Below are positions 33,808 through 43,808 of a DNA stretch of 64,000 bases, piece by piece. Within the stretch, counting starts at the first letter, position 1. Each line of letters begins with the position of its first letter. The DNA comes from a virus (lineage: Duplodnaviria; Caudoviricetes), in IMG/VR virus record IMGVR_UViG_3300050151_000071, positions 11,923 to 75,922 of that record; one strand, given 5' to 3'. Below the pieces are notes generated by a model. That model had not been told where the DNA came from. It saw nothing but the letters and a program-made list of their open reading frames with translations, and did not search any database. The translations under genes were made by a program, and so were the position numbers.

Positions 33808-36735
33808 CTAGATCGTGTCGTCTGAGTGTTTTAGTTTTTCAAGAGCATTTGTGTGGTTTGCTTTTCTTACTAAAGTATCTGAGTGTGCTCTTAACTTATC
33901 TCGGTTAGATGGTACGTGTGGCTCTACGCTCCAGATATGAACTTTACTTTTAATGTTGTTTGTTCTAATACTACCATCTTCATCGCGCAAAACGTGATGG
34001 TCACTTCTAGTTACAACCTTATGTCCAGTCATCTTCCAATGTTGACCTTTATCCATTAGGTATTCGTGTTCACCATCACACTTAGAGATGTTGTCAACGT
34101 ATGTGCCCTTATCGTATCCCTTTGGTAGATGGAAATGCAACACATGATGTTCTGTAATATGTTGTGGACGGCCAGCAGTTGTTGCAGTTCTTTGTTCTTT
34201 TTCTTCTCTAGCGAATACCGCACCTTGTCTTGGGTTTAAACTAGTAGACGTAAAGGCTGGCATGTGAATAACGCCACCGTTCTTTTTAAAATGTTCTCCT
34301 GGGTGGAAGCCACCAATACCACTATACACGTGTGCTTCGTGGTCTAACGGTTTTGCAAAATGAGCTATGGCTTCAGATAATGCGTTAACCTTTTCATGAT
34401 CAAATTTGTTGGGCGAACCATGAATTAAAGCGGTGTTTATTCTACCAGACATCTCTCCAGTATATTGTTTTAATGCATGGGCGTGATCGTGTGTTTTAGG
34501 AGATGTGGGATCAACCCACAAGTGTTCTTTAGATGGTCCAAACGCAGACATCTTTTGATGATGATCATTTGAGTGGTCAACATTAAACTCATTTTTAGTA
34601 GCGTTTAGATGTTCAACTTTACTACTTCTAGCGTGTGGTAGGTCTACAGTTCTAAGACTTGTATCATTAAACCCACGGACCTTATAGCTTGAATCTCTAA
34701 ACATCTTTGGATCGTGGAAGTACGCTTCGGTTAGTTTTTGATACGGTCGCATAGACCATATGTGTCTATTTCCAATTTTCTGATGTCCAACGTGTTCAAA
34801 TGTTTGGTTCTTATCAATAACCATTTCATGCTCGTGCTCAATGTGCGAAGCTGGAGCGATGTATCTACATTTGTTGTATCCCTTAGGTAGTTCAAAGTGT
34901 AGGATATGAGTCTCTTTGTGAGCGTTGCTTGCACCAGGGTTAGCGTGCATACCAGCAACTTCAGGATTAAGAGATGCACAGATATACGTTGCTGTTTTGA
35001 AATGATTCTTGTGGTGTATTAACGACCCAGGACTTACTTCTCCGAAGCTCGAATAAACGTGGTGCGTATGCTCAAGTGGCTTTGCTGTACTCATCAAATG
35101 ATCCATATGATTTGTTACAGCTTGAAAGTCAGGATGCATTGGAAGGTTGTTAATCAAATGGTGAGTTATTGTTGCGCTTGATTCACTCCATGTTCCAATG
35201 TGAGTATGATGATCCGGATGATCACAGTGATGCAAAGCTGCCAAATGGTTATGCTCAGCTTCATGGTGCTCGGATGAATCAGGGGCATCCCAATCTAGAC
35301 CTAACGGATCTTTCTCTGTATTAAAGTGGGGGTTATTAGGATCGTGAGAGTGTGCCATTTCTTTTAATGTATCTTCATGAGGTACTACAGACCAAATATG
35401 CACATGGTGCTCAACGTTTGTACCATCAGTTTTCTTTTGATTCTCTTTAACAACTGTATGTTGCTTCAACTTCCAAGATTGTCCTCTGTCGAGCAAATAT
35501 TCTTTCTCATATCCAACATGACTTGCTCCATGCACATACGCTCCCTTGTTGAAACCTTCTGGGAGATGAAAATGAAGTACATGTCGATGAGTTTGCTTGT
35601 TATCACCAGGAGTAAAGTGGTGTTGTGAAAACCCTTTAGCTATACTAGGATCTATAGAAGTGGATGTAAAAGCTGGTAAATGAATTTTACCACCTTCTCG
35701 TTTGAAGTGATCCGTAGGATCAAAGTGTCCTAAGCCACTGTAAACATGCGCCTCATGATCAAGTGGTTTTGAGTAATGTTGAATCGCTCTGGAAATTCTA
35801 TCAGTTTGTTTAGTAACGAATGATGAATCATGGCTTCCGTTATGGCCACTAATCAAAACCATATTAATAGGGTACGATTCGTCTGTATATTCATTTAAAG
35901 TTTTAGCATGATGGTGGTGTTGTGAGTTTATATTTCTGAAATCATTACCAACTTCTTTAAACGCTGCATGCATACGGTCGTGGTGTGATTCTGCTCGTAT
36001 AGCTGTTGATGCAGCAGATACGGATGTCAAGTCCTCTACATCATGGTTGAATAACTCGTTCAACTTAGCATCGTGTGGCTTAACATGCCATATCGTACGC
36101 TTAGTTGTAGGAGTCATTTGGTGTTCTGTTTTACCAGTCACCTTCCACTTACTGTTTGGACGCAATAAGAACTCACGTTCTTCAGGGAACTTTGAGGTTC
36201 CTCCGATGTACAAACCGTGTTGTGATCCTGCTGGAAGCTCAAAGTGGATTATGTGGTGGTCGTGTTTAGCAGAATCAGACGTAGCGTTTGCGTGCATAGC
36301 AGCGATACCTGGATGTAAGCTAGCACTTGTGTGAGCTGGAGTATGGAACACACCATGCTCACCAACTGCAGAACTAGGATCAAAATGACCTGTTGATGAA
36401 TAAACATGGTGAGTCTTTTGTAAAGGTGCAGCCGAATCATACATCGTATGCAGATTCTTATGCAAGGACTGTTGCATAATCGTAGGAGATTCACCTCTAA
36501 CTAGACGACTGTTTAAATCTCCCGACTCAACTCCAGTGTATCTTAGAATTGATAGTGGATGCTTTCCAACAGCATCTTTGTGTAGCTGTCTTAGTTCTCC
36601 ATGCTCTTGAGCAATTTCGTGAGGTTGTTTCACGTGTTGAAAGAATGCAGTCTCTGTATCTTGCAGATGATCCTTCATAGCGGCATTATGCTGATAAGCT
36701 TCGTGCAAATGGTCTAAGAAGGGTTTGATTGGCAT
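33808..36735 (-). CDS. His-rich protein with four tandem VIP2/C3-type ADP-ribosyltransferase-like domains (Alt-like)
   Basis: Four repeats of Y/W-T/S...N/T..L, VYS, TSxS, HF.LP.G and ExE (EERE, YEKE, HEHE, GEHE). Confidence 0.8.
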   Translation of the reverse strand: MPIKPFLDHLHEAYQHNAAMKDHLQDTETAFFQHVKQPHEIAQEHGELRQLHKDAVGKHPLSILRYTGVESGDLNSRLVRGESPTIMQQSLHKNLHTMYDSAAPLQKTHHVYSSTGHFDPSSAVGEHGVFHTPAHTSASLHPGIAAMHANATSDSAKHDHHIIHFELPAGSQHGLYIGGTSKFPEEREFLLRPNSKWKVTGKTEHQMTPTTKRTIWHVKPHDAKLNELFNHDVEDLTSVSAASTAIRAESHHDRMHAAFKEVGNDFRNINSQHHHHAKTLNEYTDESYPINMVLISGHNGSHDSSFVTKQTDRISRAIQHYSKPLDHEAHVYSGLGHFDPTDHFKREGGKIHLPAFTSTSIDPSIAKGFSQHHFTPGDNKQTHRHVLHFHLPEGFNKGAYVHGASHVGYEKEYLLDRGQSWKLKQHTVVKENQKKTDGTNVEHHVHIWSVVPHEDTLKEMAHSHDPNNPHFNTEKDPLGLDWDAPDSSEHHEAEHNHLAALHHCDHPDHHTHIGTWSESSATITHHLINNLPMHPDFQAVTNHMDHLMSTAKPLEHTHHVYSSFGEVSPGSLIHHKNHFKTATYICASLNPEVAGMHANPGASNAHKETHILHFELPKGYNKCRYIAPASHIEHEHEMVIDKNQTFEHVGHQKIGNRHIWSMRPYQKLTEAYFHDPKMFRDSSYKVRGFNDTSLRTVDLPHARSSKVEHLNATKNEFNVDHSNDHHQKMSAFGPSKEHLWVDPTSPKTHDHAHALKQYTGEMSGRINTALIHGSPNKFDHEKVNALSEAIAHFAKPLDHEAHVYSGIGGFHPGEHFKKNGGVIHMPAFTSTSLNPRQGAVFAREEKEQRTATTAGRPQHITEHHVLHFHLPKGYDKGTYVDNISKCDGEHEYLMDKGQHWKMTGHKVVTRSDHHVLRDEDGSIRTNNIKSKVHIWSVEPHVPSNRDKLRAHSDTLVRKANHTNALEKLKHSDDTI

Positions 36736-36761
36736 GATACACTCACAGTTTTGTTATCAGG

Positions 36762-36768
36762 TATTTAG
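36762..36768 (-). promoter_or_regulatory. Late promoter CTAAATA
   Basis: About 27 nt upstream of the ART gene. Confidence 0.6.
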
Positions 36769-36773
36769 ATATG

Positions 36774-36814
36774 AAAACAGGCCCGTACACTCTTTACGAG
36801 TGCAGAGGGGCCTG
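36774..36814 (-). terminator. Rho-independent terminator after nrdB
   Basis: CAGGCCC/GGGCCTG stem followed by TTTT. Confidence 0.55.
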
Positions 36815-36835
36815 CCGTGTTGATTTTATTTAGAC

Positions 36836-37945
36836 CTAGAGAGATAAACCCCTCATGGAGTCCATACTCAAGTCTCTCTTAATATCCTGTGAGGTATACA
36901 TCGTTAGCTCTTGCTCTTGAGGAGCCACTTGAACATCACCACCAGCAATCCACTTCTCTGTCCATGGTAATGGATTTGAAGCCACCTTATACGGACTTTC
37001 ATACTTTAGAGTACTCATACGTTTTGAAGTAATCCAATGGACGTATTGCGTGAGTAGATGTTCATTGAGTCCAAGCATCGATCCATCTTTGAACAAATAC
37101 TTGGCCCAAGATACTTCTTGCTCCGCAGCTTCGATGAAGATTTGTCGTGTTTCTTCAAGGCATTCTTCTCTAATAGAGATGTAGTCTGGATCATCCTTAG
37201 GCAACATCTTAATCGTTTGTTGAACAAAGCCTAAGTGCAAGTTCTCATCACGACAGATCAACTTAATGATCTTAGCATTGCCCTTCATTCGTTCAGTTTC
37301 CGCGAACGCCCATGAGCATGCAAATGAAACATAGAAGCGAATACCTTCAAGAGCATTCAAAGCATGTAAGGCCAGCCACAAAGCCTTTTTATGTTCGTAA
37401 GCATCGTAGCTTAGATCATACGTCTCGTGTACAGCCTTTAGGTTATTCAGATGAATAAGCTTATCGTAGTATGAACTAATAGACTTAGCACAATCCACAA
37501 TTGGCTCAATTTCTAACAGCGTATCGAAGATCTTTGATGGATCAGGAACACCATTACGAACTATGTGTGTATAGCTTTCGTTGTGAATTTGTTCAATAGC
37601 ACCTTGCCAAATCCACCATGCTTCAAGTTCTGGTAGAGTTGTAATAGCTCCGAACGCTAGCATTGGAGCTCGGCCTTGTACAGAGTCCAGTAACGACTGT
37701 CTAAGCAAGTTAGACACAAAAATATGTTGCTCGTGCTTGTTTAGTTCTTTGTACTCTTTGGAGTCTACAGTTAGATCAATCTCTTCAGGAGCCCACATGA
37801 AGCCTTTTTGCTTCTTGAGGAATCCTGTTAAGGCTGGATACTTTACCTTTTCATAGCGGGCGACGTTCACGCCACCCGCTTCGTCCAAGAACATCTTTGC
37901 TTTTAAATGGTTCTGCTCATGCAGAGGGAATACTGAATAACTCAT
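36836..37945 (-). CDS. nrdB: Ribonucleotide reductase class Ia beta subunit
   Basis: WAPEEID, LDSVQGR, EQIHNESY, LEGIRFY, RDENLH. Confidence 0.96.
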   Translation of the reverse strand: MSYSVFPLHEQNHLKAKMFLDEAGGVNVARYEKVKYPALTGFLKKQKGFMWAPEEIDLTVDSKEYKELNKHEQHIFVSNLLRQSLLDSVQGRAPMLAFGAITTLPELEAWWIWQGAIEQIHNESYTHIVRNGVPDPSKIFDTLLEIEPIVDCAKSISSYYDKLIHLNNLKAVHETYDLSYDAYEHKKALWLALHALNALEGIRFYVSFACSWAFAETERMKGNAKIIKLICRDENLHLGFVQQTIKMLPKDDPDYISIREECLEETRQIFIEAAEQEVSWAKYLFKDGSMLGLNEHLLTQYVHWITSKRMSTLKYESPYKVASNPLPWTEKWIAGGDVQVAPQEQELTMYTSQDIKRDLSMDSMRGLSL

Positions 37946-40236
37946 TAAATCTTACAGGTATCGCAATCTGCGTCTTCAAACTCACCTTCTGGTAACTCAA
38001 CATCTTCATGTTTAGTTTCACCAGCACCATCATATGTATTGAAATAATACAGAGTAGGCAGACCATACTTGTAACAGAAGATGAGATGGGTAATCAATTC
38101 CGACATTGGAATCTGGTGACGACCTTCTTCATCCTTAGGATAGTTTTCTGGATTGTAAGATGTGTTTGTACTGATTGCTTGGTCAATAAATTTGGTGATG
38201 ACAGCCATGATCTTCAAGTAGCCGATAGGCGACTTTTGGTTCCATAGCAAATCGTACTTGTTCTTTAGACGACGGATCTCTGGAACAACTTGTCTGGAAA
38301 CGCCCTTGATTGTTACGAGAGCACGAACAGGCTCAATGCCATTCGTTGAGTTAGAGATTTGTGAACTCGTTTCTGATGGCATTAGAGCCATCAGAGTCGA
38401 GTGCCGGATACCATCTCTCCTTAGATCGACCCGCAATTCATCCCAAGGCATATAATAGATCGGAGGCGTAAGTTGGTCAACATCTTTCTTATAGGTGTCG
38501 ATTGGCAAGATGCCCTTACTATACTTCGTATCTTCGACAGCACTACAAGGACCACGCTCTCTAGCCAGATCACAAGAAGCTCTGATCAACCAATATGACC
38601 ATGCTTCTGTCCAACGGTGAATCTCAGCTAGAGCTTCTGGTGTAACGTCATCGTATGTGAAACCATGCTTTGCCATCCAGTATGCGAAGTTGATAACACC
38701 AACACCCAACTGTCTACGCTTCTTCGTTGTAAGCTCGGCAGCAAGCACCGGATAGTCTTGATACGTTAGAAGATTGTCTAACGCTCTTGTAATAACGTAT
38801 GCCGGCTTCTTGAACTCATCTGTACTTTTCAACTCACCCCAGTTGTTGGCAGCAAGTGTACAAGTTCCAATTTCACCATCTTCATCGAACAGATGCTTCA
38901 TTGGCTTTGTGGGGTGTAGAATTTCTGTACAGAGGTTGCTCATATAGATCGTTGCACGATCCTTAATATAAGCTCCGTGATCGTTTGCGTGGTCCACATT
39001 CATGATGTAGACTCGACCAGTGTCCTTACGTTCCTGCATCAAGCTAGAGAACAGCTCGTTAGCAGAGATTCTCTTTTGCTGAAGCATAGGGTTCTTTTCA
39101 GCAGCTTCATATAGCTCACGGAACTTGTCCACGTCACTGAAGTAGGCTTCATACAAACCAGGAACAGCGTTAGGAGAGAACAATGAAATGTCTCCACCCT
39201 GTAGTAGGCGTTCGTACATCACTTTGTTGAGCTGGACACAATAGTCTACTTGACGAGCACGAGTTTCTTCAGTTCCCTTATTGTTCTTTAGAACAAGTAG
39301 GTTTTCAATTTCGTGGTGCCAGAATATGTAATAAAGTGTAGCGGATCCTTTTCGGATGCCTCCCTGCGAACATGTAGCATTATCAGCTTGGAAGCCTTTG
39401 ATGTAGGGAATGAGGCCGGTGTGACGAGTGCGTCCTCCACGAACAGGTCTATCTAGACCTCTATTGCGACCAACGTTTAGTCCAATACCAGCACGATTAC
39501 TAACGTAGAGTTTAATAGCACCTGATGCTGCAATGATTGAATGGAGGTCATCTTCAGCGTCAATTAGAACGCATGAAGAAAATTGCTTATCAGGAGAACG
39601 GACGCCCGCCATAATAGGCGTTGGTAAAGAGATTACAAACTTGGACGATAGGTCATAGAAGTCTTTGATCCACTTAAAGCGATCAACTTCTTTATGGAAT
39701 AGCACTGCACCAATTAGTGCAAAGGCTACTTGAGGAGTTTCTTGGAATGCTCCAGTCACTCGATTCTTGATGAGATACTTTTCACGCCACTGCTGCATTG
39801 CAGCATATGTAAAGTCATCATCTCGACCGTAATCGATTAGCGACTCAATACGGTCGATTTCTTCTTCCGTGTACCAATCGAGAAGCTCTGGTGTATACCA
39901 ACCTTGCTCAACGTTGGTCTTGATTAGATTATAAAGTCTAACGGGTTCGTACTGATTATAGACTTGCTTACGTAAATGATAGTTAATAAACCTACCAGCA
40001 ACATACTGGTACCCAGGATTTTCTTCACTGATTAAGTCCGCTGTTGCTTTGATGAGGGTTTCTTGAATATCACTCGTCTTCATTCCATCTTGGAATTGAA
40101 TTTGTGACTTTAGTTCGATTTCAGAAGGTGATACGCCAGCGATATCTTCACATGCCCACTGAACTACTTTGTGAATTTTGTCGAGGTCTAATTCCTCTTT
40201 ACGTCCGTCTCGCTTAGTTACGTAGATCTTCTGCAT
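37945..40236 (-). CDS. nrdA: Ribonucleotide reductase class Ia alpha subunit with ATP cone
   Basis: VTKRDG ATP cone, FSSC, SNLCTEI, PTLYY, CDTCKI; no intein. Confidence 0.96.
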   Translation of the reverse strand: MQKIYVTKRDGRKEELDLDKIHKVVQWACEDIAGVSPSEIELKSQIQFQDGMKTSDIQETLIKATADLISEENPGYQYVAGRFINYHLRKQVYNQYEPVRLYNLIKTNVEQGWYTPELLDWYTEEEIDRIESLIDYGRDDDFTYAAMQQWREKYLIKNRVTGAFQETPQVAFALIGAVLFHKEVDRFKWIKDFYDLSSKFVISLPTPIMAGVRSPDKQFSSCVLIDAEDDLHSIIAASGAIKLYVSNRAGIGLNVGRNRGLDRPVRGGRTRHTGLIPYIKGFQADNATCSQGGIRKGSATLYYIFWHHEIENLLVLKNNKGTEETRARQVDYCVQLNKVMYERLLQGGDISLFSPNAVPGLYEAYFSDVDKFRELYEAAEKNPMLQQKRISANELFSSLMQERKDTGRVYIMNVDHANDHGAYIKDRATIYMSNLCTEILHPTKPMKHLFDEDGEIGTCTLAANNWGELKSTDEFKKPAYVITRALDNLLTYQDYPVLAAELTTKKRRQLGVGVINFAYWMAKHGFTYDDVTPEALAEIHRWTEAWSYWLIRASCDLARERGPCSAVEDTKYSKGILPIDTYKKDVDQLTPPIYYMPWDELRVDLRRDGIRHSTLMALMPSETSSQISNSTNGIEPVRALVTIKGVSRQVVPEIRRLKNKYDLLWNQKSPIGYLKIMAVITKFIDQAISTNTSYNPENYPKDEEGRHQIPMSELITHLIFCYKYGLPTLYYFNTYDGAGETKHEDVELPEGEFEDADCDTCKI

Positions 40237-40762
40237 TAATGTTCTTTTTCTTATAGTGTTTAATGGTAACACGATTAGGATCAAATAGAACTTCTGTATC
40301 CCAGGTGGTTATCAGAGTCTCTATGTCCCAATCTTGTTCGTTGAATGTAGGAAAGTATGTATCACCGTCAAATGTGGCATGGATGTCAGTCAAGTACATT
40401 TCATCAGCAATATCTATTAGCATATCATAGATCTGTCCACCGCCGATTACAAATACAGTTTTGCTGTTTGTTTCTTCAGCAGTGTTGAATGCATCATCTA
40501 GAACATCACCCATTGATGAATATCCTACACCACCTTCATAACCCACCGTCTTGGGGTCAGAAGTTAATACAATGCATTTGCGTTTGGGTAGTGGCTTACG
40601 CGGTAAACTATCCCACGTCTTTCTTCCCATGATCACTACTGATTCTTTTGTAGTCATTCGGAAGTGTTGCATGTCTGCTTCAATATGATCCCACGGCATC
40701 TTACCGTCAAGACCTATTACGTTGTTAGCAGACATTGCTGCTATTAGACACAGTGAAACCAT
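40214..40762 (-). CDS. frd: Dihydrofolate reductase
   Basis: IAAM..N.VIG, MPW, MGRKTW.SL, VIGGG.IY, GDTYFP. Confidence 0.94.
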   Translation of the reverse strand: MVSLCLIAAMSANNVIGLDGKMPWDHIEADMQHFRMTTKESVVIMGRKTWDSLPRKPLPKRKCIVLTSDPKTVGYEGGVGYSSMGDVLDDAFNTAEETNSKTVFVIGGGQIYDMLIDIADEMYLTDIHATFDGDTYFPTFNEQDWDIETLITTWDTEVLFDPNRVTIKHYKKKNINAEDLRN

Positions 40763-41610
40763 TATACAGCAACAGCCATCGGAATATGTGGATGAGATTG
40801 ATAACCTTCAATCTTCATATCAACAATTTTAAAATCTTCTAGGTTCTTAATATCGGGGTTTAGTATAAGCTTAGGTGGATCAAAAGATTGTCTCATGATC
40901 TGCATAGCAATCGCATCTCTATGATTATCATAGACGTGAGCGTCACCAGATGTGTGGATAAATTCACCGACTTCATATCCGCATACTTGTGCGATCAAAT
41001 GAGTCAAGAGAGCATAACTGGCTATATTAAACGGCAATCCAAGTCCAATGTCAACAGACCTCTGGTATAGTTGACAAGATAATTTCTTGTCACTAGACAC
41101 AAACATTTGGAACATCATATGACACGGTGGTAGAGCCATCTCATCAATTTCTCCTGGGTTCCAAGCTGTAACAATATGTCGACGGCTATATGGATTGTTC
41201 TTTAACCCATCAATTAACTTTGCAATCTGATCGATTGGACGATTAACAAAACCTCTGTCATTGGAATAAGCATCTTCCCACCAGTCCATCTTTTCCCAAC
41301 GGCGCCACTGCTTACCATAGACGGGACCAAGTTCTCCCTTATCATCAGCCCATTCGTCCCAAATGGTGACCCCACGATCTTGCAGCCACTTAACGTTTGT
41401 ACTACCAGCTAGGAACCACAAAAGCTCAATGAAGATAGACTTAGTATGAAGCTTCTTTGTTGTTAGGAGAGGAAAACCTTCTTGTAGATTGAATCTCATC
41501 TGGTGTCCAAATATAGCACTGGCCCCCGTACCAGTCCTTTCCATCCTATGGTCACCACAATCAAGAACTAATCCAGCAAGCTTAGCATATTCATTATCAA
41601 AGGTATTCAT
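40762..41610 (-). CDS. td: Thymidylate synthase
   Basis: ERTGTG, GPVYGKQWR, LPPCH, YQRSVD, GLPFN; uninterrupted. Confidence 0.96.
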   Translation of the reverse strand: MNTFDNEYAKLAGLVLDCGDHRMERTGTGASAIFGHQMRFNLQEGFPLLTTKKLHTKSIFIELLWFLAGSTNVKWLQDRGVTIWDEWADDKGELGPVYGKQWRRWEKMDWWEDAYSNDRGFVNRPIDQIAKLIDGLKNNPYSRRHIVTAWNPGEIDEMALPPCHMMFQMFVSSDKKLSCQLYQRSVDIGLGLPFNIASYALLTHLIAQVCGYEVGEFIHTSGDAHVYDNHRDAIAMQIMRQSFDPPKLILNPDIKNLEDFKIVDMKIEGYQSHPHIPMAVAV

Positions 41611-42647
41611 TACGATGTGTGTATCCAACTGGCTAATTGTAACTGGCCTGCTATGCCTGTAAATGTATTGTTATCGATGGTGAGTGCAATGTCAGCAGCA
41701 GAAGCCCCATTAAGGACCATCTGGTTAACATCTTTACCGTCTGTCTTCTTTGGCCATATACAAACGTTATAGCCATCTTTCATCAGACGCTCCATTCGAT
41801 CAGTGATATGCTTACCTCTTCGTTCATTATCGAAGACGTACACTAACCGATCTTTTGTTGTGCCTGTGTATTCTAAAATCAGATCTGGTGAACAATCCGC
41901 TCCAGCTAGAGCAATTGCATTGGGTATGAATAAAGAATCGATCGGACCCTCCAGGATATAAATCTTCCTGTTCGGGTCTACTTTATCTAGTCCAAAGAGC
42001 TTGGGAGTTGAATCGGATTCATCGAACCGAATCGTAATATATCTTTGGGTTTGCTTTGATGTTAGAGCTCGACCTTGAACGCCGAATAAACGTCCCTTTC
42101 GATCGATTAATGGAATGACGAGCCTTGGATCGATTTCAGGAGTAAACTCTATTTTATCAGGGATTAACTCATTGATCCACTTGATGAAATTTAGATGGAA
42201 GTATAATCTCGAATGGACATTTGGCGGAATTAAACGAGACTCAACGTACGTCTTAGCTTTATGTGTGTGGGGTAGTTGGGAGATACGTTTGACGTTCTTC
42301 AGTATTCCTGATGTTTCATACTTGGGTTTTGTGTACTCCAAGATAGGATCTGATTGGCGCTCAAGTTTCTTTTCACCAAACTCATCCATGCAGTAGTCAT
42401 TGTATAGATCGGGGTGATGGTCTTTAAGAAAGAAGAAAAGCTTCCCTCCCTTGCCACACTTATGACACTTGTACTTTAACGACCCTTTATCTTCGTAGAT
42501 GTAGAACCTAGTCTTGCGTTTGTTAGTTGCAGAGTCACCACACAGAGGACATCTACTTTTGAAGAGGTTTCTTTTAACCGTCTTGAATCTCTCCAGACGG
42601 AACGCCAGCATGTTAGCATATTTGATATCGAGCTGTAAATTACTCAT
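41610..42647 (-). CDS. 61: DNA primase (gp61)
   Basis: RCPLCGDS...CHKC zinc finger, QGR, EGPIDS, VFDNE, KDVN. Confidence 0.94.
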   Translation of the reverse strand: MSNLQLDIKYANMLAFRLERFKTVKRNLFKSRCPLCGDSATNKRKTRFYIYEDKGSLKYKCHKCGKGGKLFFFLKDHHPDLYNDYCMDEFGEKKLERQSDPILEYTKPKYETSGILKNVKRISQLPHTHKAKTYVESRLIPPNVHSRLYFHLNFIKWINELIPDKIEFTPEIDPRLVIPLIDRKGRLFGVQGRALTSKQTQRYITIRFDESDSTPKLFGLDKVDPNRKIYILEGPIDSLFIPNAIALAGADCSPDLILEYTGTTKDRLVYVFDNERRGKHITDRMERLMKDGYNVCIWPKKTDGKDVNQMVLNGASAADIALTIDNNTFTGIAGQLQLASWIHTS

Positions 42648-42711
42648 TATTAATCAATGGCGCGGGTGAAGCGCCTCACTTAAGTTACAATGTCATGGAA
42701 TCAACAGACGA

Positions 42712-42740
42712 ATTATCCGACAAAGCGAATAAAAGGTCAA
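42712..42740 (-). promoter_or_regulatory. Sigma70-like promoter upstream of primase
   Basis: TTGACC-17 nt-GATAAT. Confidence 0.6.
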
Positions 42741-42746
42741 CAAATT

Positions 42747-43109
42747 TTAGAAAATCTTTTCTAAACCAACACTTAGCAGAATTGATGCAATAGCCCAAAT
42801 GCCACCGATGATCCAAGTAGCGCCCTGACGGAAGCCTTTTTGCTCTCCCAACTCTACTTTTAGATCTTCTAAGTTATCAGATAGCTCTTCGACATCTGTT
42901 TCTACAGATTCAATTTTCTTCTCAACACGACTGATCTCTTTGTCAACGTCGATAGTTTCGAGTGCAGTGACTCGACCCATTAAGTCGAAGAACTTTTGGT
43001 ATATTTCCATCGTGCGGTCGTCTAATCTCTTTAGAGTATCGACGACGAGTTTGCGGTATGAACTCCAATCTTCTGAGTAAGAAGAGGCGTCAACTGGTGT
43101 GTTGGTCAT
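42747..43109 (-). CDS. Coiled-coil protein with C-terminal TM helix (possibly holin-like)
   Basis: Heptad-rich segment followed by WIIGGIWAIASILLSVGL. Confidence 0.6.
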   Translation of the reverse strand: MTNTPVDASSYSEDWSSYRKLVVDTLKRLDDRTMEIYQKFFDLMGRVTALETIDVDKEISRVEKKIESVETDVEELSDNLEDLKVELGEQKGFRQGATWIIGGIWAIASILLSVGLEKIF

Positions 43110-43275
43110 CTGTTAGCGTCTTTCGTTTCTGGAGTCTATCTTCAATCGGACTTTGAACTTTCCAAAACACAAAACATTCACTAACAGTCGGAGCATCCAA
43201 ATCATTTGGTATATTTAGCGATTTGGAGAGTTGCTCAATCTCTGATATAGCGCGGGATATAGATGGTGAGCGCAT

Positions 43276-43440
43276 TTATTTCACCATCTTCTTACGAGTT
43301 AAGACGTCAGCCATAACAACAGCTAACTTATTCTTTTTGTTTACGCCGGGTTCGCCGTTAGGACCAACGCCAATTCCTGCAACAGCGCCGGAGCCAGCCG
43401 TGCACATGTCTTCTTTTAGATCTTGTTTTTTCTCAGCCAT
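43276..43440 (-). CDS. Small conserved protein (54 aa)
   Basis: MAEKKQDLKEDMCTAGSGAVAGIGVGPNGEPGV...; not in the ORF track. Confidence 0.6.
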   Translation of the reverse strand: MAEKKQDLKEDMCTAGSGAVAGIGVGPNGEPGVNKKNKLAVVMADVLTRKKMVK

Positions 43441-43787
43441 AGCACAACATCCGAGTCCAAAGTTATTGTTGAAGTGAACACAGTGTTCACTCTTTCAGGT
43501 AATCTATTCAACGCAATTAAGAAAGGGGCCAACTGAGGCAAGTACTCTCTCAACTCATGGAACAACAACGCGGGAGCCACGGAACCAAACATGTTGTATA
43601 TTACTATGATGTGGTTGAAGATTAAACGCTCTTTCAACTCACCGGTACGCAAATAAGAATTAAAGAGTCTCTTTATCAGTGAGAACCGACGAAGATCATC
43701 TTGGAACTCTTGGTCGGTAGCAGCAATATCATCATAATACTTTGCTGCTACCAACGTAAAATTTTCACTCGTTACAATACTAACCAT
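43416..43787 (-). CDS. Conserved T4-like hypothetical protein
   Basis: ENF...A.KYY, EF..DL.RF..IKRL, GEL.ERLI.NH. Confidence 0.8.
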   Translation of the reverse strand: MVSIVTSENFTLVAAKYYDDIAATDQEFQDDLRRFSLIKRLFNSYLRTGELKERLIFNHIIVIYNMFGSVAPALLFHELREYLPQLAPFLIALNRLPERVNTVFTSTITLDSDVVLWLRKNKI

Positions 43788-43808
43788 TATATAAAGCTTA
43801 TTTTAACC

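Noticed and set aside
42650-42700. Small GGCGC/GCGCC hairpin ending in CCA upstream of primase
   Set aside because: Too short to distinguish from a chance or leader hairpin
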